From: Eledone cirrhosa
Taxonomy: Eukaryota
NCBI GenBank assembly: GCA_964016885.1
Contig: CAXHJY010001504.1
Location: 62,001 to 126,000 of the forward strand
Direction of reading: 5' to 3'
Length of the DNA stretch: 64,000 bases
In this document: positions 43,798 through 58,128 of the stretch, in pieces
How positions within the stretch are numbered: position 1 is the stretch's first letter
Layout of the letters: every line of letters begins with the position of its first letter
Made by a program: the position numbers and the translations under genes
Notes under the pieces: model-generated
What the model saw: only the letters and a program-made list of their open reading frames with translations
The model's database searches: none
Told to the model about the DNA's origin: nothing

Positions 43798-44270
43798 TCT
43801 CTTTCTCTTAATTTCGAGTATTTTTTTTTGACCGGCCACCTTCCTGGTGGCAAGGTTGTAAAAGAAAAGAAATTGTCATCCCTTGAATCGCAAGAATGTT
43901 TTGCAAATTTTGAAGGTGCCAGCTGTCGCAGCCATTTGTAGACTATGAATTAGGGAGCTGCGCTTTTTGTCCGCAAATCCAAGTAGATTGGTATATAACC
44001 CGTAGCTCCAATAATGATGGGTATGAAGCTAAAGGTGTATCTTGAATACTGGATTTGTAAACTCCTCATCAATGATCCGTAGATGTCCTCCTTCTCCTGT
44101 ATTTTTCTGACAACGTTTACCTCAAGTGGGCAGCTGAACTCCACAACAGAACACGTTTTCAATGTGTGGTCCCAAACAACAATATCAGGCCGGTTGTGCT
44201 TTAATTTGGTGGCAGTTTTTATTTTCAGGTTCCACCAGTATTCCTTAGTGCCATCTGTCTCCAAATATTC
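43798..44270 (-). pseudogene. R4/Dong-like non-LTR retrotransposon 3' end (restriction-like endonuclease); a second 3' tip at 44518-44580
   Basis: KHNRPDIVVWDHTLKTCSVVEFSCPLEVNVVRKIQEKEDIY..IPIIIGATGYIP (RPD..E/D..P..K..Y..GA.G); flanked by (CATA)n. Confidence 0.75.
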
Positions 44271-44684
44271 TTGTATGTATATATGTATGTATGTATGTAT
44301 GAATGTATGTATATATGTATGTATGTATGTATGAATGTATGTATATATGTATGAATGTATATATGTCTGTATGTAGGTAGGTATGTAGGTAACATGTATG
44401 AATGTATGTATGTATGAATGTATTTATGTAGGTAGGTAGGTATGTATGTATATAGGTAGGTAGGTAAGTATGTAGGTATATATGTATATATATGTATGTA
44501 TGTACGTATGTATGTTATCTCTTTCTCTTAATTTCGAATATATTTTTTTGACCGGCCACCTTCCTGGTGGCAAGGTTGTATGTATATGTGTATGTATGTA
44601 TGTATGTATGTATGTATGTATGTATGTATGTATGTATGTATGTATGTAGGTAGGTAGGTATGTAGGTAGGTATGTATGTAGGTA

Positions 44685-45294
44685 TGTCAGGTCACCAGTT
44701 GGTGCTACTGGTAACATGTATCCCAGTGCAACCTGTCCCATGGTTGGGTCGTTGGCGACTAAACTGGCAACCCCACCAAGGTTTCTTGGTGAGGAGGGTG
44801 ACTTTGGACATCCTGCAGGACTAAAAACAAAACCTGTCAAAGGGCAAAGGAGCTCTTAAGAGTCAATGGCCATCCAAAATCACAGGGAGAGATGACCCCT
44901 TAGCCTTTGTCAAGGCAGAATTCTAGGAGAAGGAAAACTCTGATATAACACCTGCAACCCTGATGGTATCCAATGATGTTGACTTGTTCTTCTTTTTGGT
45001 AAATATCATCTTGGTTAAGAGAGTGGGACTGGCTTTGTGCAGTGCCTTTGCTCACTATAAAAGCTTCACGGCACAGGCATTGCTTTATATCTGGAGATCT
45101 CTCTGCACTTGTCGTCACATGGTACTATGGGCCCAGCACTATGTGTCAATAATTGTCACAAGTGTAGTGCTTGTACTAGAGTTTTCAAGTTGCTGGCTGG
45201 ACTAAAAAGTCACACTCGTTCAGCGTATCGGTAGGGGTTCTCCTACATGGATATAAAGTAGTGGCCGTACTCGAAGACGAGTTGGCAGCCACCA
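44685..45294 (+). mobile_element. ~610-bp non-autonomous RTE-derived retroelement, copy 2
   Basis: Near-identical to 34840-35447; embedded in (TATG)n. Confidence 0.65.
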
Positions 45295-45993
45295 TGTAGG
45301 TATGTATGTATGTATGTATGTATGTATGTATGTATGTATGTATGTATGTATGTATGTATGTATGTATGTATGTATGTATGCATGCATGCATGTATGTATG
45401 TATGTATGTATGTAGGTAGGTAAGTATGTATGTATGTATGTATGTATGTATGTATGTATGTAGGTAGGTAGGTAGGTAAGTATGTATGTATGTATGTATG
45501 TATGTATGTATGTATGTATGTATGTATGTATGTAGGTAGGTATATATGTATGTATGTATGTATGTAGGTAGCTGGGTAAGTATGTATGTATGTATGTATG
45601 TATGTATGTATGTATGTATGTATGTATGTATGTATGTATGTACGTCAGCATGTATGTAGGTATGTAGATATATAGGGTGGTAGGGTGGTAGCGGGCGCGA
45701 GAGTGCACGTTGCTCTTATGCATGTATCTAAGTAAATAGACGGAAATATAGCAAAAAGCTGTATGTGGAACAATCGCGAAGCTACCGTAAGAAATTAGCA
45801 ACAAGGAAACACTCTGATATTGGAAGCATTTCTGGAAAGTTCGAAAGACCGTTGACGAACCAGTACTTGGCGGTGACGGCGACAGTGAGAGAATGAATAT
45901 ACAAATATGTATGTATGTATGTATGTATTTATGTATGTATGTATGTATGTATGTATGTATGTATGTATGTATGTATGTATGTATGTATGTATA

Positions 45994-46030
<37 letters not shown>

Positions 46031-46036
46031 TTATAT

Positions 46037-46106
<70 letters not shown>

Positions 46107-46526
46107 GTATACATATATATATATATATATATACACCCATACACATACAGATATATATTTATATTAATATAAATTCATTAATATACATATATACATTAAT
46201 ATGAATAAATAAATATATCTACATATCATTTTATATGCATGTATGTATGTATATATATGTGTGTATATATATGTGTGTATATATATGTGTGTATATATGT
46301 GTGTATATATGTGTGTGTATATATATATGTATATATATATGTGTGTATATATATGTGTGTATATATAAATGTGTGTGTGTATATATATATATATATAATT
46401 ATACATATGTATATATATATAATTATATATATTAATGTATTAATGTATTAATATATATATGTATATATATGAGAGAGAATTATACACACACACATACACA
46501 CACATAGAGATATATAAATAAATATA

Positions 46527-46605
<79 letters not shown>

Positions 46606-46919
46606 GGTGGAGGGGGGGTAAAGTAGAGAAGAATATAAATAAGGATGAGGATGAGATTGAGTCGGAGGGGAGAGAATGGTGGAGGAGGGTGGAGTTTCCT
46701 TTCTCTAGCCATAACCTTTAGCAAATATCAAATTTAGGATGAATGCTATAAAGATAATGGATTATATGTCCTCAAGGTGTGAGAAAGGAAATATTTTAAT
46801 GGCGGTAAGAATTCATAATGGTTGTTTAGACTATGACTCCGCTTGCTTGGTGTGGCTCTCTTCCACTCTTCCTCATTCTTTCTATCTCACTCTCTCTCTC
46901 TCTCTACCTCTCTCTCTCT

Positions 46920-47021
46920 CTCACATACTCTCACCGCTGTCTTAGAATAGGTCTCTCTCTCCACCACCCCTCTCTATCTCGATCTCTCTTTCCACCTCTC
47001 TCTCTCGCTCTCTCTCTCTCC

Positions 47022-47062
<41 letters not shown>

Positions 47063-47140
47063 CCTCTCTCTCTCTCTCTCTCTCCACCTCTCTCTCTCTC
47101 TACCTATCTCTCACCGCTGTCTTAGAATAGCTCTCTCTCC

Positions 47141-47182
<42 letters not shown>

Positions 47183-47398
47183 CTCCACCTCTCTCTCTCG
47201 CTCTCTCTCTCCACCTCTCTCTCTCTCTACCTATCTCTCACCGCTGTCTTAGAATAGCTCTCTCCCCACCTCTCTCTCTCTCTCTCTCTCCACCTCTCTC
47301 TCTCTCACTCTCTCTCTCCACCTCTCTCTCTCGCTCTCTCTCCACCTCTCTCTCTCTCTACCTATCTCTCACCGCTGTCTTAGAATAGCTCTCTCTCC

Positions 47399-47446
<48 letters not shown>

Positions 47447-47689
47447 CTCCACCTCCACCTCTCTCGCTCTCTCTCTCTCTCTCCACCCCTCTCTCTCTCT
47501 ACCTATCTCTCACCGCTGTCTAAGAATAGCTCTCTCTCCACCCCTCTATCCACCTCTCTCTCTCTCGCTCTCTCTCTCTCGCTCTCTCTCTCTCGCTCTC
47601 TCTCTCTCTACCTCTCTCTCTCTCCACCTCTCTCTCTCTCTACCTCTCTCTCACATACTCTCACCGCTGTCTTAGAATAGCTCTCTCCA

Positions 47690-47726
<37 letters not shown>

Positions 47727-47870
47727 ACCTCTCTCTCTCACATACTCTCACCGCTGTCTTAGAATAGCACTCTCTCTCCACCTCTCTCTCTCTCTCTCTC
47801 TCTCTCTCTACCTCTCTCTATCTACCTCTCTCTCACATACTCTCACCGCTGTCTTAGAATAGCTTTCTCC

Positions 47871-47906
<36 letters not shown>

Positions 47907-47920
47907 TACTCTCACCACTA
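46920..47920. repeat. Minisatellite: 8 copies of CTCTCACCGCTGTCTTAGAATAG with variable (CT)-rich spacers
   Basis: Cores near 46928, 47108, 47235, 47366, 47507, 47658, 47745 and 47840. Confidence 0.9.
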
Positions 47921-48018
47921 TCTCGGTATTGCTCTCTCCCAGTCCTCCTTCTACTCTTCCTCTCTATATCACCCCCCTCTCTCTCCACCCCACTCTCTCT
48001 CTCCACCCCCTCTCTTCA

Positions 48019-48053
<35 letters not shown>

Positions 48054-48533
48054 TTCTCTCTCTATATATATATACTATCACTGCTTGCTTGAGATGGCTC
48101 ATTCTCTCCCTCTCCATCTCACTCTCCAATTCTCTCCCTCTCCATCTCACTCTCCAATTATCTCCTTCCCCATCTCTCTCTCCATTCCCCTTTCACCACC
48201 TCTCTCTCTCTCTCATATACTCTCACCATGTCTCTCTCTCTCACTCTCTCTCCAGTTTTCTCTTCCTTCATCTGTTTCTCTCTTCCCCTCTATCTACCTC
48301 AGTCAGTCTATCCCTCTCTTCTCTTTTTCTTTCTCTTTCTCTTTCTCTTATATACTCTCACTATTTACATTGTACGTTTACGCCCCCCCCCCCCTCCCCA
48401 TCCTTCTTCTCTCAATGTTTGTCTGTCTCTCTCTTTCGCTCTCTCTCTCTTCTTCCCTCTCTCTATCTCTCGTTCTTTTCTCTCTCTACCTCCTCATTTT
48501 CCTCTCTCTCTCTCTCTTTTCCTTCCCATTCCA

Positions 48534-48658
48534 CTCTCTCGCTCTACTCACCCTTTCTACCTCTCTCTCGCTCTACTCACCCTTTCTACCTCTCTCTCGC
48601 TCTACTCACCCTTTCTACCTCTCTCTCGCTCTACTCACCCTTTCTACCTCTCTCTCGT
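48534..48658. repeat. 4 x 29-bp tandem repeat CTCTCTCGCTCTACTCACCCTTTCTACCT
   Basis: Direct reading. Confidence 0.9.
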
Positions 48659-48740
48659 TCTCTCTCAGTTTGGCTGTCCTTCACTCTCACCATTTCTATG
48701 GCAAGGCTGTACCTCTCTTTCTTTCTCCCAGTCTACCTGT

Positions 48741-48774
<34 letters not shown>

Positions 48775-48941
48775 TCTTTCTTTCTCCCTGTCTATTATCC
48801 GCCCTCTCTCTCTGTGTCTCTCCCCCTCTCCCTCCTCGCTCTCTGTATATATATATATACACACATATATATATATATACACACACACACACATATATAT
48901 TTATACACACACGTATATATTTATATACACACACATACACA

Positions 48942-49013
<72 letters not shown>

Positions 49014-49426
49014 AGTGGAAGCTTAGTAAAATCGAAGCTTTAGTTGTGGCCAAGCAAAGTCGACCTACAATAAGGAATGAGTAGCAAATGTATATAAATA
49101 TATACGTGTGTGTATAAATATATGTGTGTGTGTGTATATATATATTAATAAAAGATCGGAGGCCATACTCATATATATATATAAGATAACAAAAAGGTAG
49201 AAAACAACATAATACAATGATGGCTAGTATTAGTTTAAAGCTTGATATAGTTGGAAGAGAGAGAGAGAGGGAGAGAGAATGAGAGTGAGAGTGAGACAGA
49301 GAGTCATATCATGGAAGCGGTGAACATATGAGAGAGAAGGAAGGTGAGAGTGAACACGAGAGATAGAGAGAGCAAGAGAGAGGAGAGGAGAAAGAGCAGA
49401 AGAGAGAGAGAGAGAGAGAGAGAGCA

Positions 49427-49470
<44 letters not shown>

Positions 49471-49954
49471 ATATGATGGAAACTGTAAGCATATATACGA
49501 GAGAAGGAAGTAGAGAGTGAACAAAAGAGAGAGAGGAGAGGAGAGAGAGAGAGAGCAAGAGAGAGAGAGAGAGAGCGAGCGAGAGCGAGAGAGAGAGAGA
49601 GAGAGAGAGAGAGCGCCATATGATGGAAGCGGTGACCATAGAAGAGAGAAGGAAGTAGAGAGTGAACAAGAGAGAGAAAGAGTGAAAGAAAGAAAGAGAG
49701 AAAGTCGGAGAGACAAGCCAACCAGCCAGTCGGCCAGTCGGCCTGTGGACCAGCCAACCAGCTTAACTCCAACCCAACAACGACGTCATGATGACACCAA
49801 CACCAACATATTCTCAGCACGGTCTTCTTCTAGATACCATCATTAACTAAAGCTGATTATTTACAATTTATTGACGGTTTACTCTACTTTCTTTAACCAC
49901 ACACATTAAACAAATCATTCCAATTACTCTGTTACTGCCTTACTGCGGACACAG

Positions 49955-50820
49955 CATTGCTGAATTGTTAAGGAGTTCGTTTTACAAACATTAGGTGCCA
50001 TGTTCGATCTTACCGCACGGCATCGCATCATGGGCAAATGTAATTTTTCATAGCATTAAGTGGCCCTAAACCAGTCATGGGCAACCTGCGGCCCGCGAAG
50101 CTTTCTGAATGGCTCGACTAAGTCACATAAGTGAAATCTTTCTGATTTTTTTACACCAAATTTTCAGTCGTAATTTATCTTTCTATCATTTTTTGCGCTC
50201 GAGGACAACAACGTGTACGAATTCTGAAGAAACAAATCAAAACAACCTGAGTTACCGCCCCATTTTTTTTAAAAATGTGGGCACGAATGTAAATTAGCGC
50301 TTACGGCCCGCCTGATGATGAGCCATATCTCATGCGACCCGCTTCTCGAAAAAAGTTGTCCATGCCTGTCCTAAGCCTTGTGAGTAAAACTGGGTATATG
50401 GAAATTGTTTAGACGTTCATCAGATGGACTGTACCTGTAATTCATTGGGCCAGCCTTGTCACAAAATGTGTCCTGGTGAATTTCCTTAATATTTATATCA
50501 TGGGTACACATGTCTGTGCAATGCTCAATCACTTACACTGCAATACAAGATTGGCTGCCGACTGTACCAATAATTCGTTTTACAATCGTTAAGCGCCATG
50601 TTTGATCTTATTGCCTGGCATCGGATCATGGGCAAATGTAGTTTTTCATAGCCGGGTTGCCCTCAGCCTTGAGAGTGAAACTGGATAGATGAAAATTGTC
50701 TAGACGATCATCAGATGGACTGTACCTGTAATTCATTGGGCCAGTCTCGTCACAAAATGTGTTATGGTGAATTTTCTTGAGATTTATGTTATGGGTACAC
50801 GTGTCTGTAGAATGCTAAGC

Positions 50821-50822
<2 letters not shown>
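49955..50822 (+). mobile_element. Two tandem old tRNA-SINE-like copies (49955-50540, 50552-50822)
   Basis: Both show GTT(C/T)GATCTTA..ATCATGGGCAAATGTA..TTTTCATAGC..GCCTTG.GAGT..TCATCAGATGGACTGTACCTGTAATTCATTGGGCCAG..GGGTACAC.TGTCTGT. Confidence 0.6.
50072..50368. mobile_element. hAT (Charlie/Buster-type) MITE
   Basis: TIRs CAGTCATGGGCAAC / GTTGTCCATGCCTG; subterminal GCGGCCCGC motifs; decayed 8-bp TSD CCCTAAAC / TCCTAAGC with a central TA; absent from the neighbouring SINE copy. Confidence 0.8.
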
Positions 50823-50905
<83 letters not shown>

Positions 50906-50981
50906 GTATGTATATATACTATTGTACAAGTTTGGTAGAAATATCCAAGGGTAAGTGCACTCAGTCCATAGGAGTTAAGTG

Positions 50982-51024
<43 letters not shown>

Positions 51025-51191
51025 ACGGAGAAAGAGACGATTATGAGGAAGAAAAATATATTTTTTTCCTTTTTTTGTCTCTCTCTCTTTTTTCTGGGTT
51101 AGAAAATGATTAAAACGAAATGTTTTACTTTGTGTGAAGTGTTAAGGTATTAGTTGATTTATTTATTATTTAACAATGGCATTTATTTATT

Positions 51192-51491
<300 letters not shown>

Positions 51492-51784
51492 ATATATATA
51501 TATGTACGTGTGTATGTATATATCCCTCACCTAGCAGCTCCATACAAATATTTACTTATTTGATACGTTCACGCATGCGTGCGATATTATTATTTTAAAT
51601 TTTATATGCCATGCTGGATGGATGAGGGGAAAGAAAAAAATCTCTCATAACAGGTATCTATTCTTATACTATTCAAATAACCCTCCGATGACGAATTTGT
51701 TTCTGCTAATGATGACCATATTAATCTATTGACATGTTTTGATATATTCCCCAATTCAGAAACTGCAATAACAGTCGAAGAATC

Positions 51785-52245
51785 TAATAATTGTTTCTAC
51801 TTTTGGCACAAGGCCAGCAATTATTCCTGTACATTACTGGTACTTTATTTTATCGACCTCGTAAGGATGAAAGGCAAAGTTAACCTCGGCGTGATTTGAA
51901 CTCAACCATTAATAATAATAATAATTGTTTCTACTATTGGCACAAGGCCAGCAATTATACCAGTGCATTACTGGTACTTTATTTTATCGACCCCGTAAGG
52001 ATGAAAGGCAAAGTTAACCTCGGCGGGATTTGAACTCAACCATTAATAATAATAATAATTGTTTCTACTATTGGCACAAGGCCAGCAATTATACCAGTGC
52101 ATTACTGGTACTTTATTTTATCGACCCCGTAAGGATGAAAGGCAAAGTTAACCTCGGTGGGATTGTGAACTCAGACCGCAAAAGATTCGTAACTGCATGC
52201 TGCAAAGCATGGCGTCCGACCCTCTACCGATACTGCCAATCACCC
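51785..52245 (-). mobile_element. SINE S1 tandem array (three ~133-bp 3' units, one head)
   Basis: The unit TTGTTTCTAC..GGCACAAGG..GAACTCA repeats three times; the head follows at 52170-52245. Confidence 0.88.
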
Positions 52246-52406
52246 GATGACCATCTCAATCTACTGAAGTGGTCTGACATATTTTTTTTTCAGTTCGCAG
52301 ACTGTTTTTTGCGGTCAGAGATTTTCCTCAAGCTCCTTATGTTTAAGTTTTTAAGTTGCTTAAGATATATTGTCGACCCTTCAGTGATATGTATAAGATA
52401 TTCGAT

Positions 52407-52469
<63 letters not shown>

Positions 52470-52702
52470 TATATATAACGAAGGAAGAGTGGTAAGAAAC
52501 CAGATGGACCGTAACGCACCAGAGTACTCAATACTTAGAGTAGTAGAGTGGGTAATGGGAAAAAGTATGACCCCGATGGCTATTTCTGGAAATAGCCGTC
52601 GAAACGGCTTGAGATCTGCCGTCGGGGCCATACTTTTTCCTATATATATATATATACAAAACGGCCGGAGCTCAGCCGTCGGGGTCCTGACTCTTTTCCT
52701 TT

Positions 52703-52754
<52 letters not shown>

Positions 52755-52922
52755 GCACAAACACTCTATTGACAAAGAAGTGCTTTGAATGAAACAATTT
52801 CACAACTTACAAAACACTACGTCGTATATATTTGAACGTAAATAAAATAAATTAGATCCCAGAAGTTAAAATTAAACGCACATTCACACATACAGACACA
52901 CAATTGTATATACTTATATATA

Positions 52923-52965
<43 letters not shown>

Positions 52966-53118
52966 AACAAATTAAAGATGGTCAGAAATAAAAAGATAAT
53001 TAAACGGAACAAAACAAGAAGTGTCACACAATTATCAAAACAAATCATTGTCTTAATTATTCTACACACACACACACATTCATACACACACATACACACA
53101 CATATATATATATAGACA

Positions 53119-53173
<55 letters not shown>

Positions 53174-53210
53174 CATATATAAGTAAACACACACACATAT
53201 ATATATATAC

Positions 53211-53276
<66 letters not shown>

Positions 53277-53759
53277 TGACAGTCTATGGTTCAGTATTTG
53301 ATATATCATTAGATAGCATTGAACTTTATCTACTAGGTCAGTGAACGCCAGTGTCATTCGGTACAAATCTTCACCACGTTCGTCCACAATGCAGGACATA
53401 CGATAGACAATACCGAAAATAACACCCAATTACTATTTAAATTGCGTTTTTCTTTCTCTTAATTTAATTGATTTCTCTTATTTTCTATTTTTTAGTTTTA
53501 TTTTCATTATTATTATTTTCATTACCACGTATTCCGACATTTTGGGAAATAAAATAAAGCGAAAATAAATCTATCTACCTACCTACCTACCAACCTACCT
53601 ATATACCTACCTACTTCCATACCCTCCCCACTTACCTACCTATCTATTTATCTATCTATTTCTCTATCTTATCTATCTATCTATCTATTTATCTATCTAT
53701 CTGTATATCTATCTATCCATCTATCTACTGACCTATCTACCTATCTATCTATCTATGCC

Positions 53760-53880
53760 TCCCCTCTATTGGGGATTTCGATTGTTGAATTTGTATGTTA
53801 ACATTTCTTACACGATTGTATGTAAAATCCTCGTCATATGTTTTTGTATTGTCCCCTTTTCTTGTGCCCCATAGTGGCAA

Positions 53881-53946
<66 letters not shown>

Positions 53947-54398
53947 ATATTGGGGCGCAAGAGGTTGTATGGTGGACGAGGTTAAAAGGGCTGAGGTCAG
54001 ACACCTTTCTCTCCGGCCAACAACTGATTCTTTTTTTCAAATACCACTTTGGAAGAAGAATCAGGATGGAGAGAGAGGTGCTGTACCCCAGCAAGTTTTA
54101 TGAAAGGTGGGTGAAAGTAGCGAGAATGGCCCCAGTGAATGGGCCGTCTCTCTATATAAGCCTGTAGGTTGAGGAAAAGGAGGAGGAGAGGAAAGGAGTA
54201 CAAACTCTTCGTACTCCTGGAGATGAGGGTTGCACATTTTTTCGGGGTATGTGTTACCCATATGTAATGTCTCCCCTATTGGGGAAAATCGACTAATTTT
54301 TAAATTGCATTTGTGATAGCATTTTACACGTTTTTATTGTATGTAAACTTCCCCCTTTGTATTTGTCCCCTTCTTTTGTGCCCCTGTGGCTAATAAAC
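53760..54398 (+). mobile_element. Two Tx1/L1-like 3' ends separated by (ATCT)n
   Basis: EVVWWTRLKGLRSDTFLSGQQ...; tail GTGGCTAATAAA-(ATCT). Confidence 0.75.
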
Positions 54399-54512
54399 AT
54401 ATCTATCTATTTATCGGTCTACCTATCTATGTATCTATCCACACGCACAACATACACACACAAATACATATATGTATTTGTGTATGTATACATATACATA
54501 TACATATACATA

Positions 54513-54593
54513 CAAAGTGTCCCCCCAAAATGTATACACATTTCAACAGCGTTCTAATCAAGGTGTGTAGGTAGATATATTTTGGGGACACCC

Positions 54594-54595
<2 letters not shown>
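54513..54595. mobile_element. Tiny Tc1/mariner-like MITE
   Basis: Imperfect TIR CAAAGTGTCCCCCCAAAATGTAT / ATATATTTTGGGGACACCCTG, preceded by TA. Confidence 0.5.
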
Positions 54596-54642
<47 letters not shown>

Positions 54643-54854
54643 CAAAGAGGGGGTGGTAGGCTACCAGGTGGACCATAACGCACCAGAGTACTCAATACTT
54701 GGGGTGGTAGAGTGGGTAATATGAAAAGCTCAGCCGTCGAGGTCCTAAATCTCTTCATATTGCCCACTCTACTACTCAAAGTATCGAGTACTCTGGTGCG
54801 TTATGGTCCACCTGGTATTTTACCACACCCTCTTTGATATATAAATATTTATAT

Positions 54855-55036
54855 GTTATTCCGGGTTAAATCGGAGGTAACCACAATAAGTAAGGTACTC
54901 AATACATAGCAGAGTATAAACGTTTTAATATAGAGGAGCTTCTACAGGACTAGAACTATTTCATTCGTGAGAAATCATCACCGAGCTCCCTGATGATTTC
55001 TCACGAATCACAGGGTTCTAGTCCTGTAGAAGCTCC
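54855..55036. mobile_element. Family A palindromic end, hammerheads decayed
   Basis: GTTATTCCGGGTTAAATCGGAGGTAACC..GAGCTTCTACAGGACTAGAAC..; + arm gagctcc-CTGATGA-TTTC TCAC GAAT..CTGTA-gaagctc lacks GAAA. Confidence 0.7.
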
Positions 55037-55037
55037 C

Positions 55038-55068
<31 letters not shown>

Positions 55069-55516
55069 AATATATATATATATAGAGAGAGAGAGAGAGC
55101 GCGCAAGAGGGAGAGAGAACGGGCTGGGATAGATAGATATAGATAAAAGAGTTACCGTCTCTCGTCTTCGAAAATACAAATTGGTTAAATCGTGGCTCTT
55201 AGAGTTGAAACTTGCTGAAGCTGCTTCGCTGTCAGATTAAACTGGCAACAACACGCATACGCACCAATTTCAGATACTAAGCAATTGAGGCAAATAACAT
55301 CAGTATTTCTACTGGAATAACTTACTAAAATGTCTATGTGACGTGTGTGTGAAAAGGCAAAGTTATATGCTCAATAGGTAACGCTGGAATGGAAGGAAAT
55401 ATAGGCACGTTCGTTCAAAGAAGAGAAAGAGAGAGAGAGAGGGAGAGAGAGAGAGAGAGAGAGTTGAAAAGAGAAGATTAGAAAAAACGATAATGTTTGT
55501 CGTGGAAATGACCGAT

Positions 55517-55564
<48 letters not shown>

Positions 55565-55725
55565 AAAACATGAGAAGAAAGAATACTGCGTGGTTGCACA
55601 TGGGTTACATATGATAAAAATAGTCCTTCATCAGTGATTTTCCAACCTTCATTGGTATATATATACTCGATAGCGAAGTACCGAATATTCTGCTGAAGTG
55701 GTAAAATACTGATATTTATACATCC

Positions 55726-55785
<60 letters not shown>

Positions 55786-55822
55786 AGTAAGTATGTTTTG
55801 AAACAGTGAGCAGGTTTGAAAT

Positions 55823-56124
<302 letters not shown>

Positions 56125-56429
56125 AAAACTTGGACGGGAACAAAAACAGAGAGGCAGCCAAATAAAGGTTTATTAGGTTCACGCTCATGAGAGTGGGCTG
56201 GGGGTGTGGGGAACACACACATATATATAGATATATATATGTATATATATATAATATATATAGATATAAAACAAAGAAAGTGTGGTAAAGAACCAGGTGG
56301 ACCATAACGCACCAAAGTACTCCATACTTAGGGTATAGCAGATCTAGCTGTCGAAACGGACTGCTGGAGCTCAACCGTCGGGGTCCTGCCTCTTTTTCTA
56401 TATATATACTGTGTATATATATATTTATA

Positions 56430-56857
56430 TAATTGTTTTTACTTTTGGCACAAGGCCAGCAATTACCCAGTGCATTACTGGTACTTTATTTTATCGACCC
56501 CGTAAGGATGAAAGGCAAAGTTAACCTCGACGGGATTTGAACTCAGGAATGATATTGAAACGTTCTGTGAATCATTCAATGCTTTAAGCCATCATCACTA
56601 GGATACCGACCAAAAAGGAAAGCAGAGTGCACACTTATACGTTAGTAGTGATATTATCATATTAGGGCGGTGAGTTGGCAGTATTGGTAGAGGGTCGGAG
56701 GCTATGCTTTAGAGCATAGAGTTACGGCCCTTTATTGTCTCCGTTCAAATCCCGCCAAGGTTAACTTTGCCTTTTATCTCTACGGGGTCGATAAAACAAG
56801 GCACCAGTAATGCACTGGGATTATTGCTGGCCTTGTGCCAAAATTAGAAACAATTAT
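56430..56857. mobile_element. SINE S1 copies: minus 56430-56547, plus 56666-56857
   Basis: S1 consensus. Confidence 0.85.
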
Positions 56858-56905
56858 ATATACATATATGCCCGTCCCTTCAATCTTATTTCATTTCTCA
56901 TTCTT

Positions 56906-56941
56906 TCTTCTGATGAAGGACTAGCGTCCGAAACGTTAAGA
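56906..56941 (+). ncRNA. Minimal type I hammerhead (family I), classic Penelope-type layout
   Basis: tctt-CTGATGA-A-GGAC TAGC GTCC-GAAA-CG-TT-aaga; palindromic ACGT in place of stem III. Confidence 0.75.
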
Positions 56942-57029
56942 CCCTCTTCCTGCCATTTCAAGCGTTAACCTAATATACTCCTTCCATATACTGTACCGAT
57001 TGTGTTGTTATTTCTGTTTACCTTTTACA

Positions 57030-57081
<52 letters not shown>

Positions 57082-57224
57082 GGGAGAGAAGAAGAGTGAG
57101 TGAAATATATATATACACACACACACATATCTATATATATGTGTGTGTGTGTTTGTGGGTCGGTTTGTATATATTTGTGTGTGTGTGTGTGGGCATGCGA
57201 GAAGGCCGAAATACAGGTACTAAT

Positions 57225-57372
57225 CATGTTTGCCCGCTGAGTGAACTGGAGCAACGTGAAATATATATAGACTCTTGCTCAAGGACACATTGCTCCACTC
57301 AGTCCAAGCATCGAAAACACGACCTTAAGATCGTGAGCCGAACACACTAACCGCCAAACCACGCGCCTTCAC
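57225..57372 (-). mobile_element. Second tRNA-derived SINE family (5' part)
   Basis: Minus strand GTGAAGGCGCGTGGTTTGGCGGTTAGTGTGTTCGGCTCACGATC..GTGTCCTTGAGCAAGA..TTTCACGTTGCTCCAGTTCACTCAGC. Confidence 0.7.
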
Positions 57373-57561
57373 AACTGTAAACTTAACCACCATTCCACTT
57401 CCCCTTTAACTATGAAGCCATTATTTGCTAAACTAGCGAGAAATCTTAAGTTAAATCGTAATTTCGACAATTAAGTAAAGCAAGCAAGTACAAAACAATT
57501 GTTACCAGCGTTTAGTGACTGGTGACATGTCATTGCACCCATTTACATTAGCCGATCAAAA

Positions 57562-58083
57562 CAATAATAATAATAATAATTTTTTTCTGCTTTAGGCACA
57601 AGGCCAGCAATTATTTTTTGGGGAAGGGAAAATCAATTAAATCGACCCCAATGCGTTACTGGTACTTTATTTTGTCGACCTCGTAAGGATGAAAGGCAAA
57701 GCTAACCGTGAGGGGATTGGAACTCTAAAAATAATTGTTTCTACTTTGGGCACAAGGCCAGCAATTTGAAGGGGAAGGGAAAGTCGATTAAATCGACCCC
57801 ACTGCATTACTGGTGCTTTATTTTATCGACCTCGTAAAGATGAAAGGCAAAGACAATCTCGATGGGATTGGAGCTCTATAATAATAATTGTTTCTACTTT
57901 AGGCACAAGGCCAGCAAATACCCAGTGTATTACTGGTACTTTATTTTATCGACCCCGTAAGGATGAAAGGCAAAGTTAACCTCGGCGGGATTTGAACTCA
58001 GAATGGCAAGGGCCGTAATTCAATGCGTCAAAGCATGGCGTCCGACCCTCTACCGATACTGCCAATCTACCGCCCTTAAGCTC

Positions 58084-58128
<45 letters not shown>

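Noticed and set aside
46920-47920. CRISPR-like repeat/spacer appearance
   Set aside because: Spacers are low-complexity, mutually similar and variable in length; eukaryotic context, no cas genes.
47929-49084. Long Leu/Ser-rich ORFs
   Set aside because: Polypyrimidine low-complexity sequence.
50322-50332. CTGATGATGAG inside the hAT MITE
   Set aside because: No compatible stems or NUH site.
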